Assembly (NCBI GenBank): GCA_964607485.1
Contig: CAZSKP010000021.1
Span: forward strand, 1 to 64,000
Source: an uncultured bacterium
GTDB taxonomy: Bacteria > Abyssobacteria > SURF-5
Length of the DNA: 64,000 nucleotides
Reading direction: 5' to 3'
Positions 9,264 through 18,023 of the stretch are shown piece by piece. The translations under genes were made by a program, and so were the position numbers. How positions within the stretch are numbered: the first letter of the stretch is position 1; each line of letters opens with the position of its first letter. The notes below the pieces were generated by a model. The model saw only the letters and a list, made by a program, of their open reading frames with translations. It ran no database searches and had not been told where the DNA came from.

Positions 9264-9446
9264 TCATCCGCGACCCGCCTCGTAGATTGTCAGTTTTTCA
9301 CCTGCTTTTTTCGGCGGAAAGACGATTTCTTTCTTCAAGTTTTCGATGAGTTTTTCCAATTCTTCGATCTGCTCCGAATCGAGGTCTATCGGATGAGAAG
9401 AGTTGGTATCGGATTTCATGTCCCGTAACACCGTCTTATTCCTCAT
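9264..9446 (-). CDS. small hypothetical protein
   Basis: 60 aa, charged helix EQIEELEKLIENLKKE; lies downstream of a TetR-type operator copy. Confidence 0.4.
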   Translation of the reverse strand: MRNKTVLRDMKSDTNSSHPIDLDSEQIEELEKLIENLKKEIVFPPKKAGEKLTIYEAGRG

Positions 9447-9486
9447 AGAGTTTATCTCGTAGTGACTTGTTCAGGCGGCTGCCTCA

Positions 9487-9504
9487 AAACCGACCAGTTG
9501 GTTT
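9487..9504. promoter_or_regulatory. putative TetR operator, copy 2
   Basis: AAACCGACCAGTTGGTTT; one mismatch to the palindrome at 10147-10164. Confidence 0.7.
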
Positions 9505-9523
9505 GTTGCTCGGCAAAAAATTT

Positions 9524-10132
9524 TTATGAGGCCACGCCCTCCAACAGTAGCAACCTTAGGTTCCTGAACAGCCACGATAAGTCGATATTCTTGGGGTCGA
9601 GATGTGCCATCATCGTCGTTCCCTCTAAGCTCCCGATAATCAATAACGCCAGGGAGTCAGGGTTCACATCCTTCTTAAACAGGCCTTCCCGTTTCCCCTG
9701 TTTCAGTATCTCCACTATGCTTGCCTTCCACTCGGCATATATCTTACGTAAACGCTCCGAAAAATGCTGCTCGACCTCCATCATTTCCGCGGTCAGAACC
9801 GCCAGCAGGGCACACCCATGATAGATATTGCCTTCATGAGTGTCTATCATGATCTCGAACATCCGCTCGATTCTCCTCAGTGCCCCTTTTTCCTTCGCGA
9901 CTTCCTCGAGCACGTTATGGACCCAAAAGTCTTTCATGTGGTCTATAACGGCGTCGCCCAGCTCCTCTTTGCTCTTGAAGTGGAAGTAGAACCCGCCCTT
10001 GGTGATGCCGGCGGCCTTGAGAATCTGAGAGAGCGACGTATTATGAAATCCATTTTTTCTGAACAGCTCGGCGGCCGCTTCGACGATACGCTTGCGAGTC
10101 AGCCTGCCTTTTTCCAGCGTAACGGTTGTCAT
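9524..10132 (-). CDS. TetR/AcrR-family transcriptional regulator
   Basis: HTH GFHNTSLSQILKAAGITKGGFYFHFKSKEEL; GC motif in the C-domain; GGGGGAG SD before ATG 10132. Confidence 0.92.
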   Translation of the reverse strand: MTTVTLEKGRLTRKRIVEAAAELFRKNGFHNTSLSQILKAAGITKGGFYFHFKSKEELGDAVIDHMKDFWVHNVLEEVAKEKGALRRIERMFEIMIDTHEGNIYHGCALLAVLTAEMMEVEQHFSERLRKIYAEWKASIVEILKQGKREGLFKKDVNPDSLALLIIGSLEGTTMMAHLDPKNIDLSWLFRNLRLLLLEGVAS

Positions 10133-10146
10133 TGCTCCCCCTGAGA

Positions 10147-10203
10147 AAACCGACCAGTCGGTTTCCTCACCTAAAGTGTACCATACCACCCTCGTTTTGT
10201 CAA
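10147..10203 (-). promoter_or_regulatory. tetR promoter with downstream operator
   Basis: TTGACA-17-TACACT (10203-10175) followed by inverted repeat AAACCGAC-CA-GTCGGTTT (10147-10164). Confidence 0.8.
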
Positions 10204-10443
10204 TACCCCCGACACAAAAATTCGACAAAATCTTCGGTCAACGCCGCGTACACGCCCACAACCATTACGCATCCCGCGGTAATGTTTATAACAATATATA
10301 AATACGGAGGTTACAGCACTAATGCCGTGGCAGGTGAGGACCGCCTCAGGGCGTTCCCCGCTATTTTGTAACTCATTGAATACAGAATGCTTAGAGAATG
10401 GAAAATGGAAGGATTTTGGTGGAATTACGCGTCAGAAGGGTGC

Positions 10444-10707
10444 TCAGGCGAGCATGTCGATGATGCTGCCAGGGGTCTGCGTGCCGGCATCGTTGGCCGC
10501 GCGTTCGACCGTGTTCTGCTGTTCCGGCCGATTCGGCTCAGCCGGCTCGCGGACGGTCGCCGCCTCCGCAGCCCCCGTCTGCCGGGCTTCGTTTTGGCCG
10601 GGCCTCTGCGCTCCTTGCTCGGCCGCGCGTCTTTCGAGGGCAGCCGCCTGCTGCATCTCTGCCAAGTCCGGCCTCTGCGGCTGCTGAGTTGGAAATCTGA
10701 CTCCCAT
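10444..10707 (-). CDS. small Q/A/E-rich protein with YjfB-like C-terminal motif
   Basis: Ends GSIIDMLA, resembling the G-x-x-I-D-x-x-A tail of YjfB-type proteins; SD present; own promoter. Confidence 0.65.
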   Translation of the reverse strand: MGVRFPTQQPQRPDLAEMQQAAALERRAAEQGAQRPGQNEARQTGAAEAATVREPAEPNRPEQQNTVERAANDAGTQTPGSIIDMLA

Positions 10708-10749
10708 GTCCCCCGTCCTCAGATTTTCAGACAATTACTTACCAGAGAA

Positions 10750-10818
10750 ATTTTAGCATGGATTCGGGGCGATGTCAACGGGGGCAGTTGATTCCGGGGC
10801 GTCGGCGTGTGGTATAAT
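10750..10818. promoter_or_regulatory. divergent sigma70 promoters
   Basis: Minus strand TTGACA-17-TAAAAT (10778-10750); plus strand extended -10 TGGTATAAT (10810-10818). Confidence 0.65.
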
Positions 10819-10901
10819 GAAAACTACACGTTTCGCTGGCAGAGAGCTTCGGTGAACGACCCAGGCTCGGAGTGGAAGCGCCCGAGTGTCAAATGTGAGG
10901 A

Positions 10902-11402
10902 ATGACAGACTACCAGCGAGCAATTCTGAATTTCAGCTATGTGTTGCCTAGAACCCTGGCGGGAATGGCGAGGCCGGGGCTCATCAACTCTCTGGCGGAG
11001 GATCTCGCCTTTCTCAGGTCAGAGGGGATCAGGGCGATTCTCTCGTTGTCCGAGACGCCGCTCGAGGAGGACCTCGTACGAGAGAGAGGGTTTTCATACT
11101 TTCACATACCGATCAACGACTTCACGGCGCCGACGATAGAACAAGTGGAGCAGTGCGTGGAGTTCGTCGAACGCATGCTGACTGTCGAGAAGAAGCCTGT
11201 GGTGATCCACTGCGGCGCCGGATGCGGGCGAACCGGGACGATGCTCGCCTGCTATTTTACGAAGAAGGGAAAGACAGCGGAGCAAGCGATTACAGAGGTG
11301 AGGTCCATGCGACCTTGCTCGATAGAAACAGACGGTCAAAAAGCTTTGGTGTATCAATACGAGGAACATCTGAAATACCGACCGCCCACGGAAGAAGATT
11401 GA
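10902..11402 (+). CDS. dual-specificity protein phosphatase
   Basis: CX5R motif IHCGAGCGRTG; acid loop PINDFTAP; RPCSIET..Q. Confidence 0.9.
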   Translation: MTDYQRAILNFSYVLPRTLAGMARPGLINSLAEDLAFLRSEGIRAILSLSETPLEEDLVRERGFSYFHIPINDFTAPTIEQVEQCVEFVERMLTVEKKPVVIHCGAGCGRTGTMLACYFTKKGKTAEQAITEVRSMRPCSIETDGQKALVYQYEEHLKYRPPTEED

Positions 11403-11890
11403 ACCGAAATCCTCTCCTTTCGACCTTGGTAAGACCGAAATTCCTGGCAGATCAAATGTTGGGCCGGCTTGCCAAGTGGCTGCGGCTCTTGGGTTATGAC
11501 ACGCGCTACGCGAGCGGCATCGACGATGCCGACATCCTCGACCTTGCGGAATCGGAGCGACGAACCATATTGACGCGCGACACCCTGCTCATACGGCGGA
11601 AACGCTGTCGAAATTATATCTTCATCAAGAGCGACCACTGGCGCGAGCAATTGAAGCAAGTGTACCTCGATGCCGGGCTCACCTGCGATTCGGCGCTGAC
11701 CATATGCGCGCTCTGCAACAGCCCGCTTTCTCCCGTCGATAAACGAGAGGTGGAGTCGCTTGTGCCTCCGTATGTGTACGCCACTCAGGAAACGTTTTCA
11801 AAATGCGAGAACTGCTCGCGTGTGTTCTGGTCGGCAACCCACGTGAGCCGGATACTTGACGAACTCAGAAACTTGAAGGAGGAGTCGTGA
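11399..11890 (+). CDS. Mut7-C RNase (PIN-fold plus Zn ribbon) domain protein
   Basis: FLADQMLGRLAKWLRLLGYDT, ILTRD, CALCN...CENCSRVFW; TTG start overlaps upstream stop. Confidence 0.88.
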   Translation: MNRNPLLSTLVRPKFLADQMLGRLAKWLRLLGYDTRYASGIDDADILDLAESERRTILTRDTLLIRRKRCRNYIFIKSDHWREQLKQVYLDAGLTCDSALTICALCNSPLSPVDKREVESLVPPYVYATQETFSKCENCSRVFWSATHVSRILDELRNLKEES

Positions 11891-13491
11891 CCATGCGCAG
11901 AGAGTTTTTGTGCCTTATTCTGGCGGCGCTGCTGCTGTTCGTCGGCTGTTCCGAGCGGGGACAGGACGTTGCGGGGGCCGAGCCGCAGAGCCCCGCCGTC
12001 TCGACGGCAGGCGTTCCCCCTGCCGTTCTTCCGCCGTCGGTCGCGGGCATGTTCTATCCCTTGGATGCCGAAACGCTCAGGGCCGACATAGCCCGATACT
12101 TGAAATCCGCGAATCCGCCCGAGATAGACGGAGAGATTGTGGCGGCCATTGTTCCCCATGCAGGTTACGCCTATTCGGCCCCAGTCGCCGCATACGCATA
12201 CAAGGCCATCGCACGTCAAGCCGAGAAGCAGGGGAGTGAGGCAAACAAGAAGTTGGACGCGGTCGTCATCCTCGCCTTCAGTCACAGAGGGAGTTTTGGG
12301 GGAGTGTCGGTTTACTACGATGGCGCCATGGAGACTCCTCTGGGGCGCAAGGCGGTGAATGAAAAGATCGCGCGTGCTTTCATGAACGCCGACCCGCGTC
12401 TGTCATTCGCGCTGCGCGCTTTCGTCGGCGAGCATTCCGCCGAGGTGCAGGTGCCCTTCATTCAGACGATTCTCCCCGACGTTCCCATAGTCCCCGTCAT
12501 CTTCGGTCAGCAGAATGCTTCCAACGTGGAGGCGGTCACTAAGGGGCTGGAGGAAATCGCGAAGGAAAATCACATCCTGGTCATCGCCACGACCGACCTC
12601 TCGCATTACAATCCTTACGAAAAAGCAAATTCATTGGATGCGGAGACCGTGCGGCTGATGGTGAAGGGCGATCCAAGGGAGATGGCCCAGTATGTGAGCG
12701 AGCACTACGACCGCATGTGCGGCCCCGGGCCGGTGCTCGCCGCCATGTCCTATGCGGAAAGCCAGAGAGCGACGCCGGTGCTGCTCAAGCATGCCAACTC
12801 CGGCGACACCGCCGGCGACAAGTCGGCGGTCGTAGGCTACGCCGCGGTGGTCTTTGTAAAGAAGAACGGCGCCGAGTCAACGGAAAAGAAACACGAGGCG
12901 TCGGCGGCTCACGAAAACGAAGCGGGCGAGTCGGATTCCAATTATCTCAACGAGGACGACAAAAATACTCTGCTCCAGCTCGCGCGGCGATCGCTCGAGT
13001 CCTTTGTGCGGGACAAGAGGCTTCTCGTCGTCGATGCGCCGGAGAGCGAAAGGCTGAGAGAAAACGGCGCGGCATTCGTCACACTCACGGAAAACGGACA
13101 GCTCCGCGGTTGTATCGGAAGCATGCAGCCCACGATGCCTCTGTACGAGACCGTGATTCGTATGGCTGCGGCGGTGGCATCGGAGGACCCGCGTTTCCCG
13201 CCGGTTCAGCCGAAGGAGCTGGACGACATTCGCATCGAAATTTCCGTCAATACTCCTCTCAGGGAAGTTTCAGGACCCGACGAAATCATCCTGGGAAAAC
13301 ACGGAGTCGTCGTCGCGAAAGGATTGCGACGGGGAGTCTTTCTCCCTCAGGTGGCGACGGAAACAGGCTGGACGAAGAAAGAATTTCTCGAAAACTTGTG
13401 CGCGCACAAGGCCGGACTTCCGCCCGACGCGTATAAGAAGGATGCCAAGCTGTACGTGTTCTCGTCGATAGTCTTCGATGAGAAGGATTAG
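11887..13491 (+). CDS. AmmeMemoRadiSam protein B (Memo) + protein A (AMMECR1) fusion with lipoprotein-type signal
   Basis: Memo motifs PHAGYAYS, EHSAEVQ, DLSHY, MCG, VVGY; AMMECR1 motifs LRGCIG, DPRF, FLPQV, KAGL; N-terminal LLLFVGC. Confidence 0.9.
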   Translation: MTMRREFLCLILAALLLFVGCSERGQDVAGAEPQSPAVSTAGVPPAVLPPSVAGMFYPLDAETLRADIARYLKSANPPEIDGEIVAAIVPHAGYAYSAPVAAYAYKAIARQAEKQGSEANKKLDAVVILAFSHRGSFGGVSVYYDGAMETPLGRKAVNEKIARAFMNADPRLSFALRAFVGEHSAEVQVPFIQTILPDVPIVPVIFGQQNASNVEAVTKGLEEIAKENHILVIATTDLSHYNPYEKANSLDAETVRLMVKGDPREMAQYVSEHYDRMCGPGPVLAAMSYAESQRATPVLLKHANSGDTAGDKSAVVGYAAVVFVKKNGAESTEKKHEASAAHENEAGESDSNYLNEDDKNTLLQLARRSLESFVRDKRLLVVDAPESERLRENGAAFVTLTENGQLRGCIGSMQPTMPLYETVIRMAAAVASEDPRFPPVQPKELDDIRIEISVNTPLREVSGPDEIILGKHGVVVAKGLRRGVFLPQVATETGWTKKEFLENLCAHKAGLPPDAYKKDAKLYVFSSIVFDEKD

Positions 13492-13628
13492 CATCTTTAG
13501 TGCCAACGCTCGTGACTCTGCACACTTTTCTCGAAGAAGAAATTTTTTTGTTGACAAAACATTTTTAGCTGGTATGATAGCACTGTTTTTGTTCATTCGA
13601 GGTTTGTTTCAGCTGCGCGGGAATCTCT

Positions 13629-14054
13629 ATGAAGGCACGCCCCAAGAAGTGTCGTCGCTCCTCCGAGAAACAATCCGCACCCAAGAAAAAGATTCTCATC
13701 ATCGATGCCGACCTCGTGATGACCGAGCTGTTGCGGAGTTATCTCGGACAAGAGAAGGGGTTCGAAGTATTGACGGCGGAGACGGGCGCCGATGGCATAA
13801 GGACGGCAATAGAACACCAGCCCGATCTCATCCTGCTTGACTTTCGGCTCAGCGACATGAGAGGACTGGAGGTGCATGAAAGGCTGCGACAAAACTCGAC
13901 CGCAAGGGAAACACCCGTAATCTACGTCTCCTATTTCCTCACCCTTCGCGCGATTGAAGAAGCGACAGGCAAAGGCGCCCGGGGATTCATCAGCAAACCC
14001 TTCAACCTGTCGCAAATGTACACGAAAGTGGCAAACGTCCTCAGCTCCTCGTAG
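13629..14054 (+). CDS. single-domain response regulator
   Basis: KILIID, PDLILLD, KPF; upstream TTGACA-16-TATGAT (13551-13578). Confidence 0.88.
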   Translation: MKARPKKCRRSSEKQSAPKKKILIIDADLVMTELLRSYLGQEKGFEVLTAETGADGIRTAIEHQPDLILLDFRLSDMRGLEVHERLRQNSTARETPVIYVSYFLTLRAIEEATGKGARGFISKPFNLSQMYTKVANVLSSS

Positions 14055-14061
14055 CCGCCCC

Positions 14062-14721
14062 CTAGATTTCGTTTTCGCCGAGCAGAGTTCCGACCGCGTC
14101 CCTCCGTATCGCTATACCCTTCACGCATCTGCACTGCGAACAATCCGCACAACGCTCGACGCCAAGCGACATCGCCTGCGAGCGTCTGTCCTCTTTGTCG
14201 CGTGAGTCGAGATGCAGTTGCGCGAGTCTCACGAAAACGTACGGCCCGCCGAAGCCGTCATCGTTCCAATCGAAATGGGGACAACTGGACATGCAGCCGT
14301 AACATTCCAGGCACCCAATCAATCGCTTGTAGACTTCCGCGACGGGCATGGCGGCCAGAGGCTGCTCCACGCCGGGCGAGACATAGAGACGCAGCGTCGA
14401 GATTCTCCGGTCGATGACCGACCTGTCCACGACAAGGTCTCTGATGGGCGGCAGGTTCTTCAGGGGAGAAATCCGCATTCCCTCCGTCGCCCGGGTGAGA
14501 CAGGCAAGGCGCGGGCTGCCATTTACATCGACCGCACACTCCCCGCACTTCGCCGAGCGGCACCCGTACCTGAACGCCAGCGTCGAATCGTAGTTCTCGA
14601 AGATGTGCAGGAGAGCCTGCAGCACGGTCGCGCCCTCTTCCAGCAGAACGGAGTAACTATGCCCGATGCATTTCGCTTGCTCCGGGTCATAACGCTCGAC
14701 GAACACGTTTCCGTCCTGCAT
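14062..14721 (-). CDS. SdhB/FrdB-like iron-sulfur subunit
   Basis: CRSAKCGEC...LAC (2Fe-2S), IRDLVVD, CLECYGCMSSCP, CADCSQCRC; start overlaps flavoprotein stop. Confidence 0.85.
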   Translation of the reverse strand: MQDGNVFVERYDPEQAKCIGHSYSVLLEEGATVLQALLHIFENYDSTLAFRYGCRSAKCGECAVDVNGSPRLACLTRATEGMRISPLKNLPPIRDLVVDRSVIDRRISTLRLYVSPGVEQPLAAMPVAEVYKRLIGCLECYGCMSSCPHFDWNDDGFGGPYVFVRLAQLHLDSRDKEDRRSQAMSLGVERCADCSQCRCVKGIAIRRDAVGTLLGENEI

Positions 14722-16544
14722 CACGCATCTTCTCCGAGATTCAAACGAGAGTCGAGAATTTTCGCCTGCGTTTTTCGTGGGAGCCGGCTGAGGATGAAGA
14801 ATTGGAGTCTCTCGCGATTGGGGTTCGGTCCCCCTTTGGTGCCGAGACCGAATTTCGACAACGCGACAGGTTCGGCCCTGACAGACAGCGCGTCGCCGTC
14901 CATTCGCACTATGACGTTTTGCAGCCATCTCTTGTCGTCGCGTTTGGGATGGTCGAGCCTGACGTGCCCGCCCCGCGATTCCTCGCGCGCCTTCGCGCTG
15001 CGCGCGACGACCTCGGCGACGATGAGCATCTTCTCGAGTTCCAGCGCGTCGCTCCATTCGGGATTGCAGTCTCGCCGGCTCGACACGCTCACGTCGTCGC
15101 GCTGCGTCACTATCTCCGAAATCTCTTCGAGCGCACGGTCGAGCCGCGCTGCATCCCGGATGGGCCCGACGTTTTTCCACATCGCTCTCTGGAGTCTTCG
15201 CACGAGTTCGATCGGCCTGTGCGCGCCCGACCTTCCCAGCAGGCCTTCCGCGTGCGAGCGCGACTGCTCAGCCGTATCGAAATCTGCCGCCGGCTGCTTG
15301 CGGTTCGCCGCCGCCTCGGCCGCGGCCTTGCCCGCGAGGCTTCCGAAGATAAACAGTTCTGCCAGAGACGTGGAGCCGATGCGGTTCGCTCCGTAGAGTC
15401 CGCCCTGCGCCTCGCCGACGGCGAAGAGGTTGTCAACGCCCTGCACTCGGCAATCGGTATCGACTCTCACTCCGCCCAATTGGTAGTGGCCCGTCGGAAA
15501 GACGTCCCAGGGAACCTGCCCGCGAGCGGCCTCCTCGCCGTACGCACGCCTGACGACCTCTGTCATCGACGGAAGCGTCCGCTTGAGGAATTCAAACATC
15601 TTAGCCCCGATGATTCCCCGAAAATTCGGCGACAGGTCGAGCAGCATGCCCCCGTGTTCGGTGGCGCGGCCGCGTTCTTTTGCGAGCGACATCGCCGCCG
15701 CGACCCTCGCGCGGGTCATCGTCCGAATGCGGGGCAGTACTTCCTTGCCTTTCGCGTCCAGAAGTTTGCCGTAGGGTCCGGCGATGGCGGGCTCGCCGCA
15801 GACGATGCCGATCATCGAGGCGGGGTGGGTGAGTGCGAAGGGGATGAATTGCTGGTGCTCCATGTCGGTGAGCTCGGCGCCGGCCTCGAGCGCGAGCGCG
15901 TAGCCGTCGCCCGTGAGCGCGCGCGAGTTGCTCGTGTGCGGATAGAAAATCCAGCCAAGCCCGCCCGCGGCGAGAATCGTCTGCTTCGCCGCGATGGCCA
16001 CCATCTCGCCTGTGAGCCACCTGAGACAGAGCGCCCCTTCGACGGCTCGCCCGTTTCGGAGCAACTTCACGGCGAGCGTCTCGTCGAGCACATCAACTCC
16101 TGCGCGGGCGGCGGCCGCCCTGAGGGCAGTGCCGATAGGAATCGCCTCGGAGTAACCCGGCTGGGTGCGCGGCAGGCTGTGTCCGCCCAGCGGGGCGGGC
16201 AGGGGAGCCAATTCGCCGGAAGGTTTTCGGGCGAAGATAATGCCGAACCGTTCCATCAGCTCGGTGGCAAGGTGGGCGCGCTCGCAGTATTTCTCGACGA
16301 GCGTTTGATCGTTCAGGAATCCGCCTCCGACGATGATGTCGCGCATGAGGGCATCGGGGGAGTCCTTCGGCGAGATGTTCGGCCGCAGCACCAGTCCGGC
16401 GGCGATGCGGGTGTTGCCGCAGCCGTAGGGTCCCTTTGAGATAATCAGGGCGTTCGCACCCGCCTCGGCGGCCGCGACGGCGGCCACGATTCCGGCCCCG
16501 CCGGCGCCGATGCAGAGGACGTCGCATTCGATACGCCTGACCAT
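14721..16544 (-). CDS. SdhA/FrdA/NadB-superfamily FAD oxidoreductase, non-canonical active site
   Basis: IGAGGAG, GGHS..R, TGDG, HYQLGG, GANRIGSTSL, REESRGGH. Confidence 0.85.
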   Translation of the reverse strand: MVRRIECDVLCIGAGGAGIVAAVAAAEAGANALIISKGPYGCGNTRIAAGLVLRPNISPKDSPDALMRDIIVGGGFLNDQTLVEKYCERAHLATELMERFGIIFARKPSGELAPLPAPLGGHSLPRTQPGYSEAIPIGTALRAAAARAGVDVLDETLAVKLLRNGRAVEGALCLRWLTGEMVAIAAKQTILAAGGLGWIFYPHTSNSRALTGDGYALALEAGAELTDMEHQQFIPFALTHPASMIGIVCGEPAIAGPYGKLLDAKGKEVLPRIRTMTRARVAAAMSLAKERGRATEHGGMLLDLSPNFRGIIGAKMFEFLKRTLPSMTEVVRRAYGEEAARGQVPWDVFPTGHYQLGGVRVDTDCRVQGVDNLFAVGEAQGGLYGANRIGSTSLAELFIFGSLAGKAAAEAAANRKQPAADFDTAEQSRSHAEGLLGRSGAHRPIELVRRLQRAMWKNVGPIRDAARLDRALEEISEIVTQRDDVSVSSRRDCNPEWSDALELEKMLIVAEVVARSAKAREESRGGHVRLDHPKRDDKRWLQNVIVRMDGDALSVRAEPVALSKFGLGTKGGPNPNRERLQFFILSRLPRKTQAKILDSRLNLGEDA

Positions 16545-16551
16545 TGACGCG

Positions 16552-16893
16552 CTATTCTATCTCTATTTCCTTGACGGCGAGCTCCATCCCTTCAATCACA
16601 TCCACGTCTTTCGATTCACATTCGGGACAGAGGAACTCGTAGTTCTGCACCATGAAAACGTGTTCGCAGGCTTTGCATCCCGCCTTGATGGGCACGCGCT
16701 CGACTTCAAGCGCCGCCCCCTCGGCGGGAGTGTCCTTCGTGACGAAGCCGAAGAAGAACGAAAGCTGGTCGGGCACTATGCCTCGAAGCTCGCCCGCGCG
16801 TATGCGGACCGTCCGGATTTTTGTCGCGCCGTTTCGCTGGGCCTCGGCGAGCACGATTCTCAGAATGCTTTGCGCTACCGACATCTCATGCAT
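16552..16893 (-). CDS. hypA: nickel metallochaperone HypA
   Basis: MHE N-terminus, two CxxC motifs. Confidence 0.95.
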   Translation of the reverse strand: MHEMSVAQSILRIVLAEAQRNGATKIRTVRIRAGELRGIVPDQLSFFFGFVTKDTPAEGAALEVERVPIKAGCKACEHVFMVQNYEFLCPECESKDVDVIEGMELAVKEIEIE

Positions 16894-16912
16894 GAAACAC
16901 TCGCCCTCGGCG

Positions 16913-17980
16913 CTACATCTTTCCCTTTTCCTGCATTATCGAACTCATCAGGTCGCGGAAGTTGCGTTTCGGCTCGGCGAGCTCTTCCCTTCTTCTCATC
17001 GATAGAGACTCCGTCGGGCACACCATGTTGCACAGCCCGCAGCCGAGACATTTCTCCGGATCGACTTCGGCGACCTCGTTGACCGTGAGCGCGCCGAAAT
17101 GGCACCTCTCGACGCACGCTTCGCACGCGGAGCACGTGTCGTAATCTATCTCGACGACGAAATGCGACGTGGCGACCGCGTGGGGCTTGTGCAGCCGTGT
17201 TATTCCACCCAGGATGCCGCAGCAACATCCGCAGCAGTTGCAGATGAAGTTGACGTGCTTCTGGGTGTTGTCGGAAAGATGCACGAGGCCTTCCTTTTCT
17301 GCCGTGTCGAGGACCCTGTAGGCCTCTTCCTTCGTAATCCTGCGGCCGAAGCCTCGTTCGACGACGTACCTTGCGAACGGGCCGAACTGGAGGCAGACGT
17401 CCTTCGGCCTGCCGCACGACTTGCCCAGCAGCTCCATCTCATGCCGGCAGTAGCACACCGAGAGCGCAAGCTCGTCCGCGTCCTGGATGAATTCCGAGAC
17501 GCGCTCGTACGGAAACACCTCGACGCCGCTGGGTATCTCTTTCTCCATGACGACGACGCGCGCCATCTGCGTTCTTGACGCAAAGAGGTCTTCGGCCCAG
17601 CCGGAGTGCCACATCGCATCGAAGAGGCCCGCCAGCTTCTTCGTTCTGTCGTTCACCTCGCCCTTCATAAACTGAAGCTCGAAGATGCCGGGCACGAGCG
17701 GGAACAGACTGTAGTAGTCCACCCCATCCTGCTTCCGGTGATAGGCAAGGCCCTTGTTGGCCATCGACTCGAGGATGGGCTTGAGCTCCGCCTCGTCGCG
17801 TCCGAGCGTCTCGCAGATGGAAGCGAGCGGGGAGGGGAGTATGGGCATGTCGGCCCCCACCTTTGCCTCGTCATCTGTGAAGAGTGTCTTCAGCAGCTTG
17901 ACAAATTCCTCCGTCTTCGGTGCGCCGGCGGGGAATTGGTTAAGCTTGTCGATGAGTTGTTCATACACGTTTGCAGCCAC
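16913..17980 (-). CDS. 4Fe-4S dicluster protein with winged-helix-like N-terminus
   Basis: CYCR, CNCCGCCC, CSACEACVERCH, CLGCGLCNMVCP. Confidence 0.85.
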   Translation of the reverse strand: MAANVYEQLIDKLNQFPAGAPKTEEFVKLLKTLFTDDEAKVGADMPILPSPLASICETLGRDEAELKPILESMANKGLAYHRKQDGVDYYSLFPLVPGIFELQFMKGEVNDRTKKLAGLFDAMWHSGWAEDLFASRTQMARVVVMEKEIPSGVEVFPYERVSEFIQDADELALSVCYCRHEMELLGKSCGRPKDVCLQFGPFARYVVERGFGRRITKEEAYRVLDTAEKEGLVHLSDNTQKHVNFICNCCGCCCGILGGITRLHKPHAVATSHFVVEIDYDTCSACEACVERCHFGALTVNEVAEVDPEKCLGCGLCNMVCPTESLSMRRREELAEPKRNFRDLMSSIMQEKGKM

Positions 17981-18023
17981 TGTTACCTCCTCTGAAGCTC
18001 CTCGCTGTTGCGTTTTCTCTTTG

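Noticed and set aside
9110-9266. Possible selenocysteine read-through of the TGA ending ORF 9264-9446; the frame stays open for about 50 more codons and a hairpin follows
   Set aside because: No redox motif (CxxU/UxxC) or recognisable selenoprotein family, and the hairpin is not placed like a bacterial SECIS.
14722-15180. Long N-terminal extension of the SdhB-like ORF
   Set aside because: Alternate-frame overlap with the flavoprotein gene; real start is at about 14721.
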